From assembly GCF_001194135.2 (NCBI RefSeq), contig NC_068981.1, forward strand, positions 75,426,208 to 75,463,269: a stretch of 37,062 bases of DNA, read 5' to 3'. A program made the position numbers and the translations under genes. The notes below the pieces were generated by a model. The model worked only from the letters and a program-made list of their open reading frames with translations, searched no databases and had not been told where the DNA came from. Positions 12,103 to 23,589 of the stretch are shown one piece after another (position 1 is the first letter of the stretch; every line of letters starts with the position of its first letter). The stretch is from Octopus bimaculoides. Its lineage: Eukaryota.

Positions 12103-12270
12103 GTATACATATATTTTGTGTATGTAAATATTTGCCTGTTAATCACATATACCTGTAACATGTCAACACAAATGTTTACACAATCGCATCAATACACAAA
12201 AATGCTCCTTTATTAATTCTGTCGCAAGGAAATATGCACAGTCTCGTTCGCATGGACGTATGTATGATCC
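12103..12270 (+). repeat. ~170-bp direct repeat, copy 2
   Basis: See 11443-11613. Confidence 0.9.
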
Positions 12271-12330
12271 TCAAACACATATAGACATTTACTCACATGC
12301 TAAACTTTCTTCAAAGTAGTACTATAGAAG

Positions 12331-12465
12331 TTAATATCTATATGAAAGGAAAGCTACATTAGCAATAGCAAAATATCTAGAGCAACAATCAGCGGTGACG
12401 AAAGCAATAGAAATACCAAGGGCAATCAATGCTAAAACAACAAGTGCTGGGCAAAGAAAACCCAT
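12331..12465 (-). CDS. Candidate 44-aa sORF with signal-peptide/TM-like N-terminus
   Basis: MGFLCPALVVLALIALGISIAFVTADCCSRYFAIANVAFLSYRY* (ATG 12465-12463, TAA 12333-12331). No homology recognised. Confidence 0.2.
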   Translation of the reverse strand: MGFLCPALVVLALIALGISIAFVTADCCSRYFAIANVAFLSYRY

Positions 12466-13027
12466 TTCTCTACGATAGGCCAGACAAAACAGAAGCCTTC
12501 AAAGACTCTTCAAACACTTGAAATACTTAACGGCCATTGTACTTCAAAGTAATCGGAAACAAGCTGCTTTGGTAAAGCCATAATGACCGGGAAGCAAAAA
12601 TTAATTCAACAACATCAACCGTCTCCATCATCGACAAGAATACCGGATTTCATGATCGATATTCCCTATCGCTATCCGAAAAAGTTATCGTCGTCGTCCG
12701 CCTCTCCCTTCAGCAGCATAACCACCATCACCAACAACAACAGCAAAAACAACTGTACTATCGTCCTTCTCATCATCATCATTATCATCAGCAAGAACAA
12801 CACGAAAAGTGACGTCAGTTTCATTACTTCAGTATCTAACAATGTTTCGAAGAGATTAGAAAATCATGAAGTAAACTTAGAATATAATAAAACGCTATCA
12901 CGGGAAATGTGAAAGAGCGCTTCTCTTAGTAAAAGGCCACAAGAACGTAAGTTGCTCTACATAACCAACTACATCTGAATGCGTGTGTATGTGTGTGCGC
13001 ATGTGTGCATGTGTGCGCGCGCGTGAG

Positions 13028-14225
13028 TATTGGATCATCGCATAAATAATGTTTTTTTTATACTTACTTTATTTTTCAAAATTAAGAGATAAGCAAAGTT
13101 CTTTTTTAATTCAAAATATACTCTCCTTCATTTTCTACGCTGCCCTTCCATCTATTCGATAGATTTGCAAGGTTCCTCTTCCAAAATTCACTTGTCCGTG
13201 ACAATAAATACTCCTCCGGTACTATTCTGACCTCATCCACAAAATCAATAACTCAAATAAGTGATTTTGGAGACAGTGGAATAAAGGGTAATGAGATGCG
13301 GCAATGTCCGACGCACATGGTGGGCGGAGCATCGTTTCCTATTCAAACTGTTCCAGCCTTTGGAATGGAATATCATCCTCGCTGTATGTGGCCAAGCATT
13401 ATCCTGATGGAAGGACACCTTTCATCTTGATACCAAAGATGGTCATTTTTTTCTAGCGCTGACTTAAGCCGCTCAAGCTGCATGCAGTAGATCTCCTTTA
13501 TTATCGTTTGGTTTGGGTTTAAATGTTCAAAGTGGACTAAACTTTTCATATCCTACAAAACATATAACAACACCTTGCGTGGATGAACACCTTCTTTAGC
13601 TTGTGGTGCTGGTGTTTCTCCTTTTTCTGTCCACTGTTTCTGGCGCTTAACATTTTTATAGAGAACCCATTTCTAGTCACCAGTCACTACTCGGTCCAAA
13701 AAACGTTCATTCGTAAGGCCTGACAGCAAAGAAGAGCACACATTCATTCTCTGTGTGCGATTAGAGTCGGAAAGAGTGTGACCCAATTTCCGATGACACG
13801 CAGATGTCAACGAATGGTTTAATGACCAAATCCAAGCTACTCTTCTAGTTCCTCAACAGTTACAATGCTCGTCTTGTAGGCTGCAGTTTCCGGTTCGGAA
13901 TATCTGAAAGCACTGTTGACACGTTTAGTGTCCGATCCCTATATACCTCATTAATATTCCTCGCACTTATTGTTCTATTGTTGCCTTGATTGTACTCATA
14001 AAGCTAAATATGCTGAACATATTCCTTTGTCACTTCCATTATAACTTCGAGAAAATAACTGTCAAAGTCGAACTGCATTCTTCAAAACTTGCACTAAGAA
14101 TAAGGGAATGTAAAATTACTACCTGCTCTTTTAGCAAGTTGATGCAGATAGTTTATCACGTCACCTTCCGTTTTTAGTTCATACAATTGAAAAAAACACC
14201 GCATTAATTATGGGATGACCCAATA
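13028..14225 (-). mobile_element. Mariner (IS630/Tc1/mariner) DNA transposon, near full length, dead
   Basis: 24-bp TIRs (including terminal TA) tattggatcatcgcataaataatg (13028-13051) and cattaattatgggatgacccaata (14202-14225), 3 mismatches. Transposase remnants lie between them. Confidence 0.9.
13110..14039 (-). pseudogene. Mariner transposase pseudogene
   Basis: MEVTKEYVQHI*LYEYNQG...FRTGNCSLQDE; FLDRVVTGD*KWVLY; HPRKVLL; FHQDNAWPH; PCASDIAASHYPLFHCLQ (degenerate YSPDLAPSDYHLF). Multiple stops, frameshifts and internal deletions. Confidence 0.9.
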
Positions 14226-14269
14226 TATATATGTATGTATGGTATGTATATATATATATATATATATAT

Positions 14270-14460
14270 NNNNNNNNNNNNNNNNNNNNNNNNNNNNNNN
14301 NNNNNNNNNNNNNNNNNNNNNNNNNNNNNNNNNNNNNNNNNNNNNNNNNNNNNNNNNNNNNNNNNNNNNNNNNNNNNNNNNNNNNNNNNNNNNNNNNNNN
14401 NNNNNNNNNNNNNNNNNNNNNNNNNNNNNNNNNNNNNNNNNNNNNNNNNNNNNNNNNNNN
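14270..14460. other. Assembly gap flanked by (TA)n
   Basis: N run. Confidence 1.
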
Positions 14461-14498
<38 letters not shown>

Positions 14499-15479
14499 CA
14501 CACACACACACACACACACACATGCCTCCATATATGCTGAGATACGAATATGTAAGTAAGTATTGAAACACTGATAGATAGGCGGGTTTTTATACTATTT
14601 CCATTATTACGGGTAATGTTTTAAATATAAGTCTGATGATGGAATTATCACCGTAACTATTGCTAAGACTTCAGTGAAATTAAGGTACTCTAGGTGTTAC
14701 AGATGTAAACTAACGCATATACAAAAAAGAAGTGACTTAATCTGACGAGCATGTGCGTGAAACAATCGTGCAGTCAGTCCTACGTTAGGCAGGTCGAACG
14801 TCAAGATGAGATACACAAACCCATCTTTCAACTTGTATGTCTTTGTCTTGCTGAAGACCATGTTGTAAGATTCGACATGCAGTGATGAATTGTCTATTTC
14901 TCAAAGTTTGTAACTTCTGGGTGTGAACACAGTGACTACAAACTAATTTGACTCTGTCAGTTCGCGAAGTTTGTTGTTTCTCTGCACTTATGAACTGTGT
15001 ACATTCTGGTACGCTGCTCGGACTAGTGAGGCGATGGGTGTTGCAAATGTATGCATGTATTCCGTATGCTTATCCAAGAGATATGATGAGTATATGTTTC
15101 AGTGGTGTTTTGGTGTGTTCTATACGTTTATGGTCACTTGGAGATGGTTTTAATCTAGTCTCAGAAAAAAACGAGAGTAAATATATGCTCTCGCAATTCT
15201 AAATCTCACGTGACAAAGAGAATTTCACTTTCGGTGATATCACTTTGTTGTGCATGTTGTCCGAAGACGTCTGTACTGATTCATACTGTATAGTTTTGCA
15301 TTCTATGTAACATGTTACGCTCAGTTATTGAGAAATTAGCGGTATGGGTAAGAATATAAAAGATCTAACGTATTATTTGTAAAACGTTCCCGTTTCTTTC
15401 TCTTAACTAAAGGTAGAACTGAGGGCTTGAAGTATGATTGTGCAACGTTTTCCTTTGTTTATATATATATATATATATA

Positions 15480-15700
15480 CTCTCTTACTCTTTTACTGGT
15501 TTCAGTCATTTGACTGTGGCCATGCTGGAGCACCGCCTTTAGTCGAGCAAATCGAACCCAGAACTTATTCTTTGTAAGCCTAGTACTTACTCTATCGGTC
15601 TACTTTACCGAAACGCTAATTTACGGATGAGTAAACACACCGTCATCGGTTGTCAAGCGATGTTGGGTGTCAAACACAGACACACAAAACACAAACATAT

Positions 15701-15735
<35 letters not shown>

Positions 15736-15897
15736 CATATATACGACGGGCTTCTTTCAGTTTCTGTCTACTAAATCCACTCACAAGGCTTTGGTCGGCC
15801 CGAGGCTATAGTAGAAGACACTTACCCAAGATACACGCAGTGGGACTGAACCCGGAACCATGTTGTTCGTAAGCAAACCACACAGCTAGTCCTACGT
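15480..15897 (-). mobile_element. SINE family B, full length
   Basis: Same tail/microsatellite/head layout as 7945-8420. Confidence 0.9.
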
Positions 15898-15909
15898 ATA
15901 TATATATAT

Positions 15910-17400
15910 ATGTACCGCCAAAAATGTGGTTTTGCCATGGGAGCAAAAGCAGCGCCTGTCCTTGCGAACCGACTAATGGGTTGCATTGAATCTACCCTAT
16001 ATGAATTTTCGCTCCAAAAATTTGGACCCCCATTCCACCAGTATATAAGAGAAAACTGGAAAAGATATTTAGAAGATTGTTTTTATCATCTGGAATGAAA
16101 CCTATGATAAAATTCTGTACTTCAAATCTACAACTGAACAATATAAACTCCAATATTCAGTTTACAATGGAATATAGCAATGAGCAGCTCCCATTTCTGG
16201 ACATTTTGATTTTAAAAATATCCAACAACCAAACTACAAACGACATCTACCACAAACCAACAGACTCAAAACAATATCGCCTTTTCAGTTCATGACATCC
16301 TAAACACGCCAAAATAAACATCTCATTTAATCTAGCAAAAAGAATCTACAATTTTATTCGATACGACTACTTGGGAACTTCGCCTACAAGACCTCAAAAT
16401 AACACTCATTGAACGTCAATACTCACTCGCACTTGTTAAACGTGCCAAAAATTTGGATGCAAACTCACTAAGGACAATAAAACAAAACACCACACCTCAC
16501 TTTAGATCACTCCCATACATATCAACCCACAACCCAAGAAACAATGAAACATACAACACAATTGTACAAAATGTTCACACACGACCCAAAAATGAACATT
16601 CTGAATACACATTCCTCAAATACAAAAGACAATACAAATCACTTAAGAGACTCCTAACAAATGCAAACCTGTACTCAACACATACGACACCAACCTAATT
16701 GTGGTGCTTGCTCATACCTAACTTAAGGCTCGGAATTCGCATTTTCTGTGGGGCCTTTCTCTGTATGGTCTTTCCACGTTTCCATGTTTGAGAAAAATTT
16801 TCAATTAAGACCAAATTCACATGTGCCTCCCAGAACCTAATGTATGTCCTAACCTGCTCAGATTGTGGCCACAATTATGTGGGCCAAATGAGCCTTACTT
16901 TAAGACGCAGAGTTACGCTGCATAAAGAACAGATTCGTTTTCTTCAATACAGGAAGATAGCTCTGAGCTAACATATTGACAGATGCGCAAGAAATAAAAC
17001 ACGGAATTTCCATATTTCACCATTATACCAATGCAAAGATTCAATCTCTTTACAAGAACACCAAAACAAGGAAAATCAGTTCATTCAAAGGTACGGACCA
17101 CACCTTAATATATAAACTTTACCACCTGATCCCTACACATTCCTATTTCAAAATCAAATCTAATTACCACTATTCAATAATGCTTAGGAGGTAGTTGTCC
17201 CCCTCGCCACCTATTGCCTCCCTTTATCCACTCTCTCCATTCATTCTTACTTTTCAAGAAATCCAAAGTGGCGTTATTCCTTTGTCTCAAGGAATGATTA
17301 CTTCACAATGTCTCTTGAAAAGCTAATGTACATAGCGAAAACCGGTTGGATAACACTGCATTTTATGAGAGTTTTACCATCCATAAAAAATGTATTTATA
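15910..17400 (+). mobile_element. Penelope-like element (Neptune-like), 5'-truncated: RT C-half + GIY-YIG + 3' pLTR region
   Basis: YRQKCGFAMGAKAAPVLANRLMG...WKRYLEDCF; IQFTMEYSNEQLPFLDILI; DIYHKPTDSKQY...HPKH; GIY-YIG KFTCASQNLMYVLTCSDCGHNYVGQMSLTLRRRVTLHKEQI (from 16813); ends FIQRYGPHLNI* near 17113. Frameshifted. Confidence 0.92.
17309..17355 (+). ncRNA. Degenerate minimal type-I hammerhead ribozyme motif with U3-A8 core
   Basis: tgtctc-TTGAAAA-gcta(atgtaca)tagc-GAA-aaccggtt-ggataaca. Perfect 4-bp stem II, palindromic stem III, imperfect stem I, about 200 bp after the PLE ORF end. Confidence 0.6.
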
Positions 17401-17499
17401 TTTTTTTCTAAGTCGATATTAAAACTATGAGAAATGAAGGCATTTCTCTTCCCCTTTTTATTTGTTTTCTACATATTTTCACTTCATAATTATACCACG

Positions 17500-17691
17500 T
17501 TTTTTGTCTCCCCAATATCGCTTGACAACCGATGCTGGTGTGTTTACGTTCCCGTAACTTAGCGATTCGGCAAAAGAGATCGATAGAATAAGTACTAGGC
17601 TTACAAATAATAAGTCCTGGGCTCCATTTGCTCGACTAAAAGGCGGTGCTCCAGCATGGCCGCAGCCAAATGACTGAAACAAGTAAAAGAG

Positions 17692-17692
<1 letters not shown>
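17500..17692 (+). mobile_element. SINE family B, 3' half
   Basis: ccccaatatcgcttgacaaccgatgctggtgtg...ggcggtgctccagcatggccgcagccaaatgactgaaacaagtaaaagag. Confidence 0.9.
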
Positions 17693-17723
<31 letters not shown>

Positions 17724-18444
17724 NNNNNNNNNNNNNNNNNNNNNNNNNNNNNNNNNNNNNNNNNNNNNNNNNNNNNNNNNNNNNNNNNNNNNNNNNNNNN
17801 NNNNNNNNNNNNNNNNNNNNNNNNNNNNNNNNNNNNNNNNNNNNNNNNNNNNNNNNNNNNNNNNNNNNNNNNNNNNNNNNNNNNNNNNNNNNNNNNNNNN
17901 NNNNNNNNNNNNNNNNNNNNNNNNNNNNNNNNNNNNNNNNNNNNNNNNNNNNNNNNNNNNNNNNNNNNNNNNNNNNNNNNNNNNNNNNNNNNNNNNNNNN
18001 NNNNNNNNNNNNNNNNNNNNNNNNNNNNNNNNNNNNNNNNNNNNNNNNNNNNNNNNNNNNNNNNNNNNNNNNNNNNNNNNNNNNNNNNNNNNNNNNNNNN
18101 NNNNNNNNNNNNNNNNNNNNNNNNNNNNNNNNNNNNNNNNNNNNNNNNNNNNNNNNNNNNNNNNNNNNNNNNNNNNNNNNNNNNNNNNNNNNNNNNNNNN
18201 NNNNNNNNNNNNNNNNNNNNNNNNNNNNNNNNNNNNNNNNNNNNNNNNNNNNNNNNNNNNNNNNNNNNNNNNNNNNNNNNNNNNNNNNNNNNNNNNNNNN
18301 NNNNNNNNNNNNNNNNNNNNNNNNNNNNNNNNNNNNNNNNNNNNNNNNNNNNNNNNNNNNNNNNNNNNNNNNNNNNNNNNNNNNNNNNNNNNNNNNNNNN
18401 NNNNNNNNNNNNNNNNNNNNNNNNNNNNNNNNNNNNNNNNNNNN
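17724..18444. other. Assembly gap
   Basis: N run. Confidence 1.
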
Positions 18445-19090
18445 GTCTAATACATTCAGTATGAGAACATGGGCAATGGGTAAAATATTATTATAAAGTC
18501 TGGTAATTATTCATATATTAATTAATATCGAATAATTATCAGGAGGCCAGCACATGTAAAGAATCAAAGAGATTCATAAATATTATCTGCAATCTCAGGG
18601 GATTAAGGTACATTTTAAAAAAATGACGTCGACCACTAACGTGGACAATTAATGCGCTAGAAATAGATCACATCTTGTGTCTATTAAGACCTAGAATGTT
18701 CTCAACATGAAATGTAGCAGCATACCAAAAACGTGAGCGGGCAAGACATTTAAAATCACCTAAAAAACCATTATTAAACAGGAACTAGTTTCGGATCTAA
18801 CAAATTATTACCATTTGTCTATTCTCATGTTGAGAACATTTTAGGTCTTAATAGACACAAGATGTGATCTATTTCTAGTGCATTAATTGTCCACGTTAGT
18901 GGTCGACGTCATTTTTTAAAAATGTACCTTAATCCCCTGAGATTGCAGATAATATTTCTGAATCTCTTTGATTCTTTACATGTGCTGGCCTCCTGATAAT
19001 TAATCGGTATTAATTAATATATGACTAATTACTAGACTTTATAATAATATTTTACCCATTGCCCATGTTCTCATACTGAATGTATTAGAC
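18445..19090. repeat. Long inverted repeat (266-bp arms, 114-bp spacer); foldback/MITE-like
   Basis: 18445-18710 is the reverse complement of 18825-19090, with about 8 mismatches by manual comparison. Confidence 0.95.
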
Positions 19091-19285
19091 GCAGTAAATA
19101 TTTTCTGCGGATATATTCCTGGAATTAGCGCGCCAAAACGAAGACTTTTGAATTTTACCATTAAGCTGTAATAGGCAGAACCATATTCACGCACACCCAT
19201 GGCGGTGGGCAACTCTGTATACGATTCTGATGATAACGGTTAAATTACAAATCAGGCTGATGAGGAATAGACAAATGGTAAGAAT

Positions 19286-19385
19286 NNNNNNNNNNNNNNN
19301 NNNNNNNNNNNNNNNNNNNNNNNNNNNNNNNNNNNNNNNNNNNNNNNNNNNNNNNNNNNNNNNNNNNNNNNNNNNNNNNNNNNNN
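19286..19385. other. Assembly gap (100 N)
   Basis: N run. Confidence 1.
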
Positions 19386-19439
19386 ATATATTTATATATC
19401 CGATGTGGTATCACAATTGTAGTTTTTGTTTATGCTGAT

Positions 19440-20130
19440 AATTAATCTATGTCTGTTTTAGTCTTGTGCTTTTGGTTTCAGGAAAATATTTGCTAGTTTG
19501 ATATTTTTGTTCCCTTTACCGATTGATGTATTTTTGTTACTATTTCTTGTTTTTGCTGGCTTTTATTTCGGCTCTGTTTGCTTTTCGTGTATTGTGTTTG
19601 AAGTTGTGTCTGGTTCTATGAGGTTGGAAATTTGTGGTGTATAATTACGTTTGTATTTTTTTATATTACCTTGTAGGATACGGTTTTATTTTGGGATTCG
19701 ACTGTAATTATTTTCTTAAATGTATGTACAGGAAAGTCTATGTTGGTGATTGCGATGTTATTGTTTCCTGTGAACCTTGATTTCCTTTCTTGATTGAACT
19801 TCTTCAATTGTGCTTTGTTGAAGTTTGTTAAAGTTCTTATTTCTTCATTAATATATAAGAATGTTGTGAACATTATTGGTAAGAATACCAAGGGATGGTT
19901 AAGAATTGTTCGCCAAGTGTTTGCTATCTAAACGTCTTGAGCAGAAGTGATATTTACAAAACTGTTCTGATACTTGTTGTTGCAAAGAAAATCTAGGAAA
20001 TGCGTAGGTTAATATAACTGAAGTAGAGTTTAGTTGTGAAGCCATTATGATATATTTTTCTTAGATGTAGTAACTGAAATTCTGGTTGTTAATTGTGCAC
20101 AAAGGTCTGATTGAGATTTGTGATTTTGTA
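19440..20130 (-). mobile_element. Possible degenerate N-terminal region of a Penelope-like ORF
   Basis: A-rich minus strand with K/N/T-rich broken frames (IYHNGFTTKLYF; EEIRTLTNFNKAQLKKFNQERK). No catalytic motif seen. Confidence 0.25.
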
Positions 20131-20270
20131 TCACCCTCAGGCTCTTCCTATTTTACATCTGTTATGTTCTCTGTGATAGTCTAAAAGTGTTACAGGTTGT
20201 GAGACATAATAACAGAATATGATAGACGAATCAGTTCTGACATATAGATTATGTATTATATATATATATT

Positions 20271-20324
<54 letters not shown>

Positions 20325-20947
20325 NNNNNNNNNNNNNNNNNNNNNNNNNNNNNNNNNNNNNNNNNNNNNNNNNNNNNNNNNNNNNNNNNNNNNNNNNNNN
20401 NNNNNNNNNNNNNNNNNNNNNNNNNNNNNNNNNNNNNNNNNNNNNNNNNNNNNNNNNNNNNNNNNNNNNNNNNNNNNNNNNNNNNNNNNNNNNNNNNNNN
20501 NNNNNNNNNNNNNNNNNNNNNNNNNNNNNNNNNNNNNNNNNNNNNNNNNNNNNNNNNNNNNNNNNNNNNNNNNNNNNNNNNNNNNNNNNNNNNNNNNNNN
20601 NNNNNNNNNNNNNNNNNNNNNNNNNNNNNNNNNNNNNNNNNNNNNNNNNNNNNNNNNNNNNNNNNNNNNNNNNNNNNNNNNNNNNNNNNNNNNNNNNNNN
20701 NNNNNNNNNNNNNNNNNNNNNNNNNNNNNNNNNNNNNNNNNNNNNNNNNNNNNNNNNNNNNNNNNNNNNNNNNNNNNNNNNNNNNNNNNNNNNNNNNNNN
20801 NNNNNNNNNNNNNNNNNNNNNNNNNNNNNNNNNNNNNNNNNNNNNNNNNNNNNNNNNNNNNNNNNNNNNNNNNNNNNNNNNNNNNNNNNNNNNNNNNNNN
20901 NNNNNNNNNNNNNNNNNNNNNNNNNNNNNNNNNNNNNNNNNNNNNNN
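20325..20947. other. Assembly gap flanked by (TA)n
   Basis: N run. Confidence 1.
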
Positions 20948-21015
20948 TATATATATATATAAATAAATATTCTTATATGATCGAACACTACGCATCCATT
21001 TTCAAGTAAGTTTTA

Positions 21016-21017
21016 TA

Positions 21018-21074
<57 letters not shown>

Positions 21075-21081
21075 ATCTATG

Positions 21082-21158
<77 letters not shown>

Positions 21159-21167
21159 GTATGTATG
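21016..21167. repeat. Compound microsatellite (TCTA)n(CT)n(TA)n(TATG)n
   Basis: Direct reading. Confidence 0.95.
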
Positions 21168-22324
21168 AAAAGATTGGAGCTCCTATACTTTTAAAGTATT
21201 TTAATGTTACCCCCGTACTCGATGTCAAAACATGGTTTGCAATTTCTACCTGCTTTTTCTCTACTTCTAAATTTTAGCTCCATTTTCCTTTCTCCCGTTT
21301 AAAATTCATTATTATTATTAGCCGAGTGTGAAAACTAGTGTGGATCAATTCATTATTCTCTAAGCTCCTCTTGTACAGACATGCAACCATTTACGAATAT
21401 TCCCGAAACAACGTGAGTCATGTTATGATTTGTTTGCCTACAAACATTGGTATTTTACCTACCGAAACAATCCCGTTTTGAGATATTATTGACAAAATAT
21501 GTGGTGCAGTTGGTCTATTTCTGACAAGGAGTATATTACTTTCGTGTCAACAAATACAACTCTGGGAATTATTTGATTATTTCAGTTAAACTTTTGAATA
21601 TAATGTGAATCATACATTCTGCATAACTGCCAGCTTCTCATATGTTACTTTGCGCGACAGAAATTATAACATAGATAATGCAATATAATGCAATCCCATC
21701 AGATTTCTGCAGCTTTAAGAATGGCATAGCAAATAACCTTATTTGACTTAGCAAACAAAATCTCTGCACAGGTCATATGTCCGTTAACTCGAGGATATAT
21801 AGCTCTACAACAAGGTGAACTAAGTCAATGTAAAATGTGCCCTTTCGGTGAATTTGAATTAGTACATCTGCAACAAGTTTCAAACAGAAAAAATTGCTTC
21901 TTTATTCTAACTTTATGTATAGATCTTTTGTAACTGAAATATATATTTGAAGTATTAGATAATTAATTTCTCAACTACGGAAGGACCAAAGGCAATTTAA
22001 ATCCAACTGAGACTTGAGCGCTAAAGTGCATCAGGCAACAAAGATCGCTGATATTAACAAGAATATTGCGCTGTACTAGAGTCATTTAATTAGGCATATG
22101 AATACATGTTTTTAGAGATGAAATGATATATAATCATCGCCAAGTCTGTCCAAAAGAATTAGAGAATATCGAATCCGTTTTGTACAGTAGAACATTATCT
22201 TTCAAACTGTGCGCCATGGGTTTTTAATAATATAGTTTAAAGCATTGGGAAATATTTAGAGATTTGGGGAATTATGATACGTTATTCATAATTATCTTAC
22301 ACATAAAAAGAATTCAATAAAACA

Positions 22325-22415
22325 AACACACACACACGCACGCGCGCACACACGCGCTCACGCACACACGCGCTCACGCACACACGCACGCACACACGCA
22401 CAAACACGCGCTCGC

Positions 22416-22465
<50 letters not shown>
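22325..22465. repeat. (CA)n/(CACG)n alternating purine-pyrimidine tract
   Basis: Direct reading. Confidence 0.9.
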
Positions 22466-22467
<2 letters not shown>

Positions 22468-23589
22468 CACTTACAGTATATATATATTAAAATAAAACAT
22501 AGTTTTGTTTAAATTTCGGCATGAGTAATTTTTATTTTGCTTTATTCTATTTGCAGTACACTAATAATTGTTTATTCAATCACCAGTCTATCGCGAAATC
22601 AAAAAGATTAAGGAGCTCCACACTAGGCACTACATTGCTTAGTACACAGTTACTTGCAATGCTCTTGCATTAAAGAATACTTGTAAGGACAGAAAAAGAA
22701 ACTCCTACTTTGACGAGCAAAGACTTAGATATTTGACAAAAGTTCATTATTTATTCTATAAGACTCCTAGTGATTATTTAAGTTCATGTGAAATAGTTTG
22801 ATATATAAATATGAATATTGAACGTTGCAATGGGTATACCTTTCTCAAAACAGCGAAAAAAGTATAATTGCATGAATACCTTATCTATAGCGCTGTCAGC
22901 TAAATGAAATTGATAACAATTAGTCTCGATCCTGTTATTCAGGGAGGCCTCCACCTTCTACTCTGTAACGAGATATGATAAAAACTTCTAACTTTGGCAA
23001 AATATCACACATTGTGTAGAGTGTTAGCACTGTGTTTAATTCTAGAATAACCTGGCATTTATTTTGTCGACTATAGAAGAATGAAGAACCAAACCGATCG
23101 CTTCAGAATTTAAAATCAAAAGATAAATAGCTTTTGACACATAACATAAATAGCATTAGGCACGTAACTCCCTTGTTTAACGATTCTGCTAATCATATAA
23201 TCTAATGAAATAAAAACGGACATGTACTTCTAATGAAAGGAATAAGAATATGTGGCAGCCACCCTTGTTCCTCGTAATTATCTACGATGTGAATAAAATG
23301 ACTAACTTCCTTAAGAGTGATGGACGATATTACCGTGTCGTATGTTCCTGGAGCTGATAAACCCAAGGCATCACCGCCCAGCAGTACCACTCCCTCCTCT
23401 TTTAATGACAGGAAGCATATCGAAGCTGGATGCCACTGAAGGGAATGGGGGAGAAAAACTGAAGAAGGTCGAGATACAAAATAAAATGGTTTGTGGATAT
23501 TCAAAAATCAACAAGATGGGGTAAATTCATTATCATGTGAACGAAGCGCTATACCAGGCTGGGCCTTCAATAATTGATAATCTTTTCTA

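Noticed and set aside
12583-12912. 109-aa plus-strand ORF
   Set aside because: Built on degenerate (ATC)/(AAC) repeats, low complexity, no recognisable domain.
14622-14670. CTGATGA-tggaattatcacc-GTAA-ctat hammerhead-like string
   Set aside because: GAA is replaced by GTA, stems I and II are unconvincing, and no PLE ORF is adjacent.
14735-14780. CTGACGA-gcatgtgc-gt-GAAAC-aatc-GTG hammerhead-like string
   Set aside because: Extra gt between stem II and GAAA, G at the cleavage position and no adjacent stem I. Likely chance.
21775-21817. 43-nt AG...GT candidate micro-exon (VICPLTRGYIALQQ)
   Set aside because: Weak donor (GTGAAC), no homology and no partner exons.
23200-23525. Overlapping 60-100-aa ORFs on both strands
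   Set aside because: No recognisable motif and broken frames. Cannot be supported as CDS or as a named TE.
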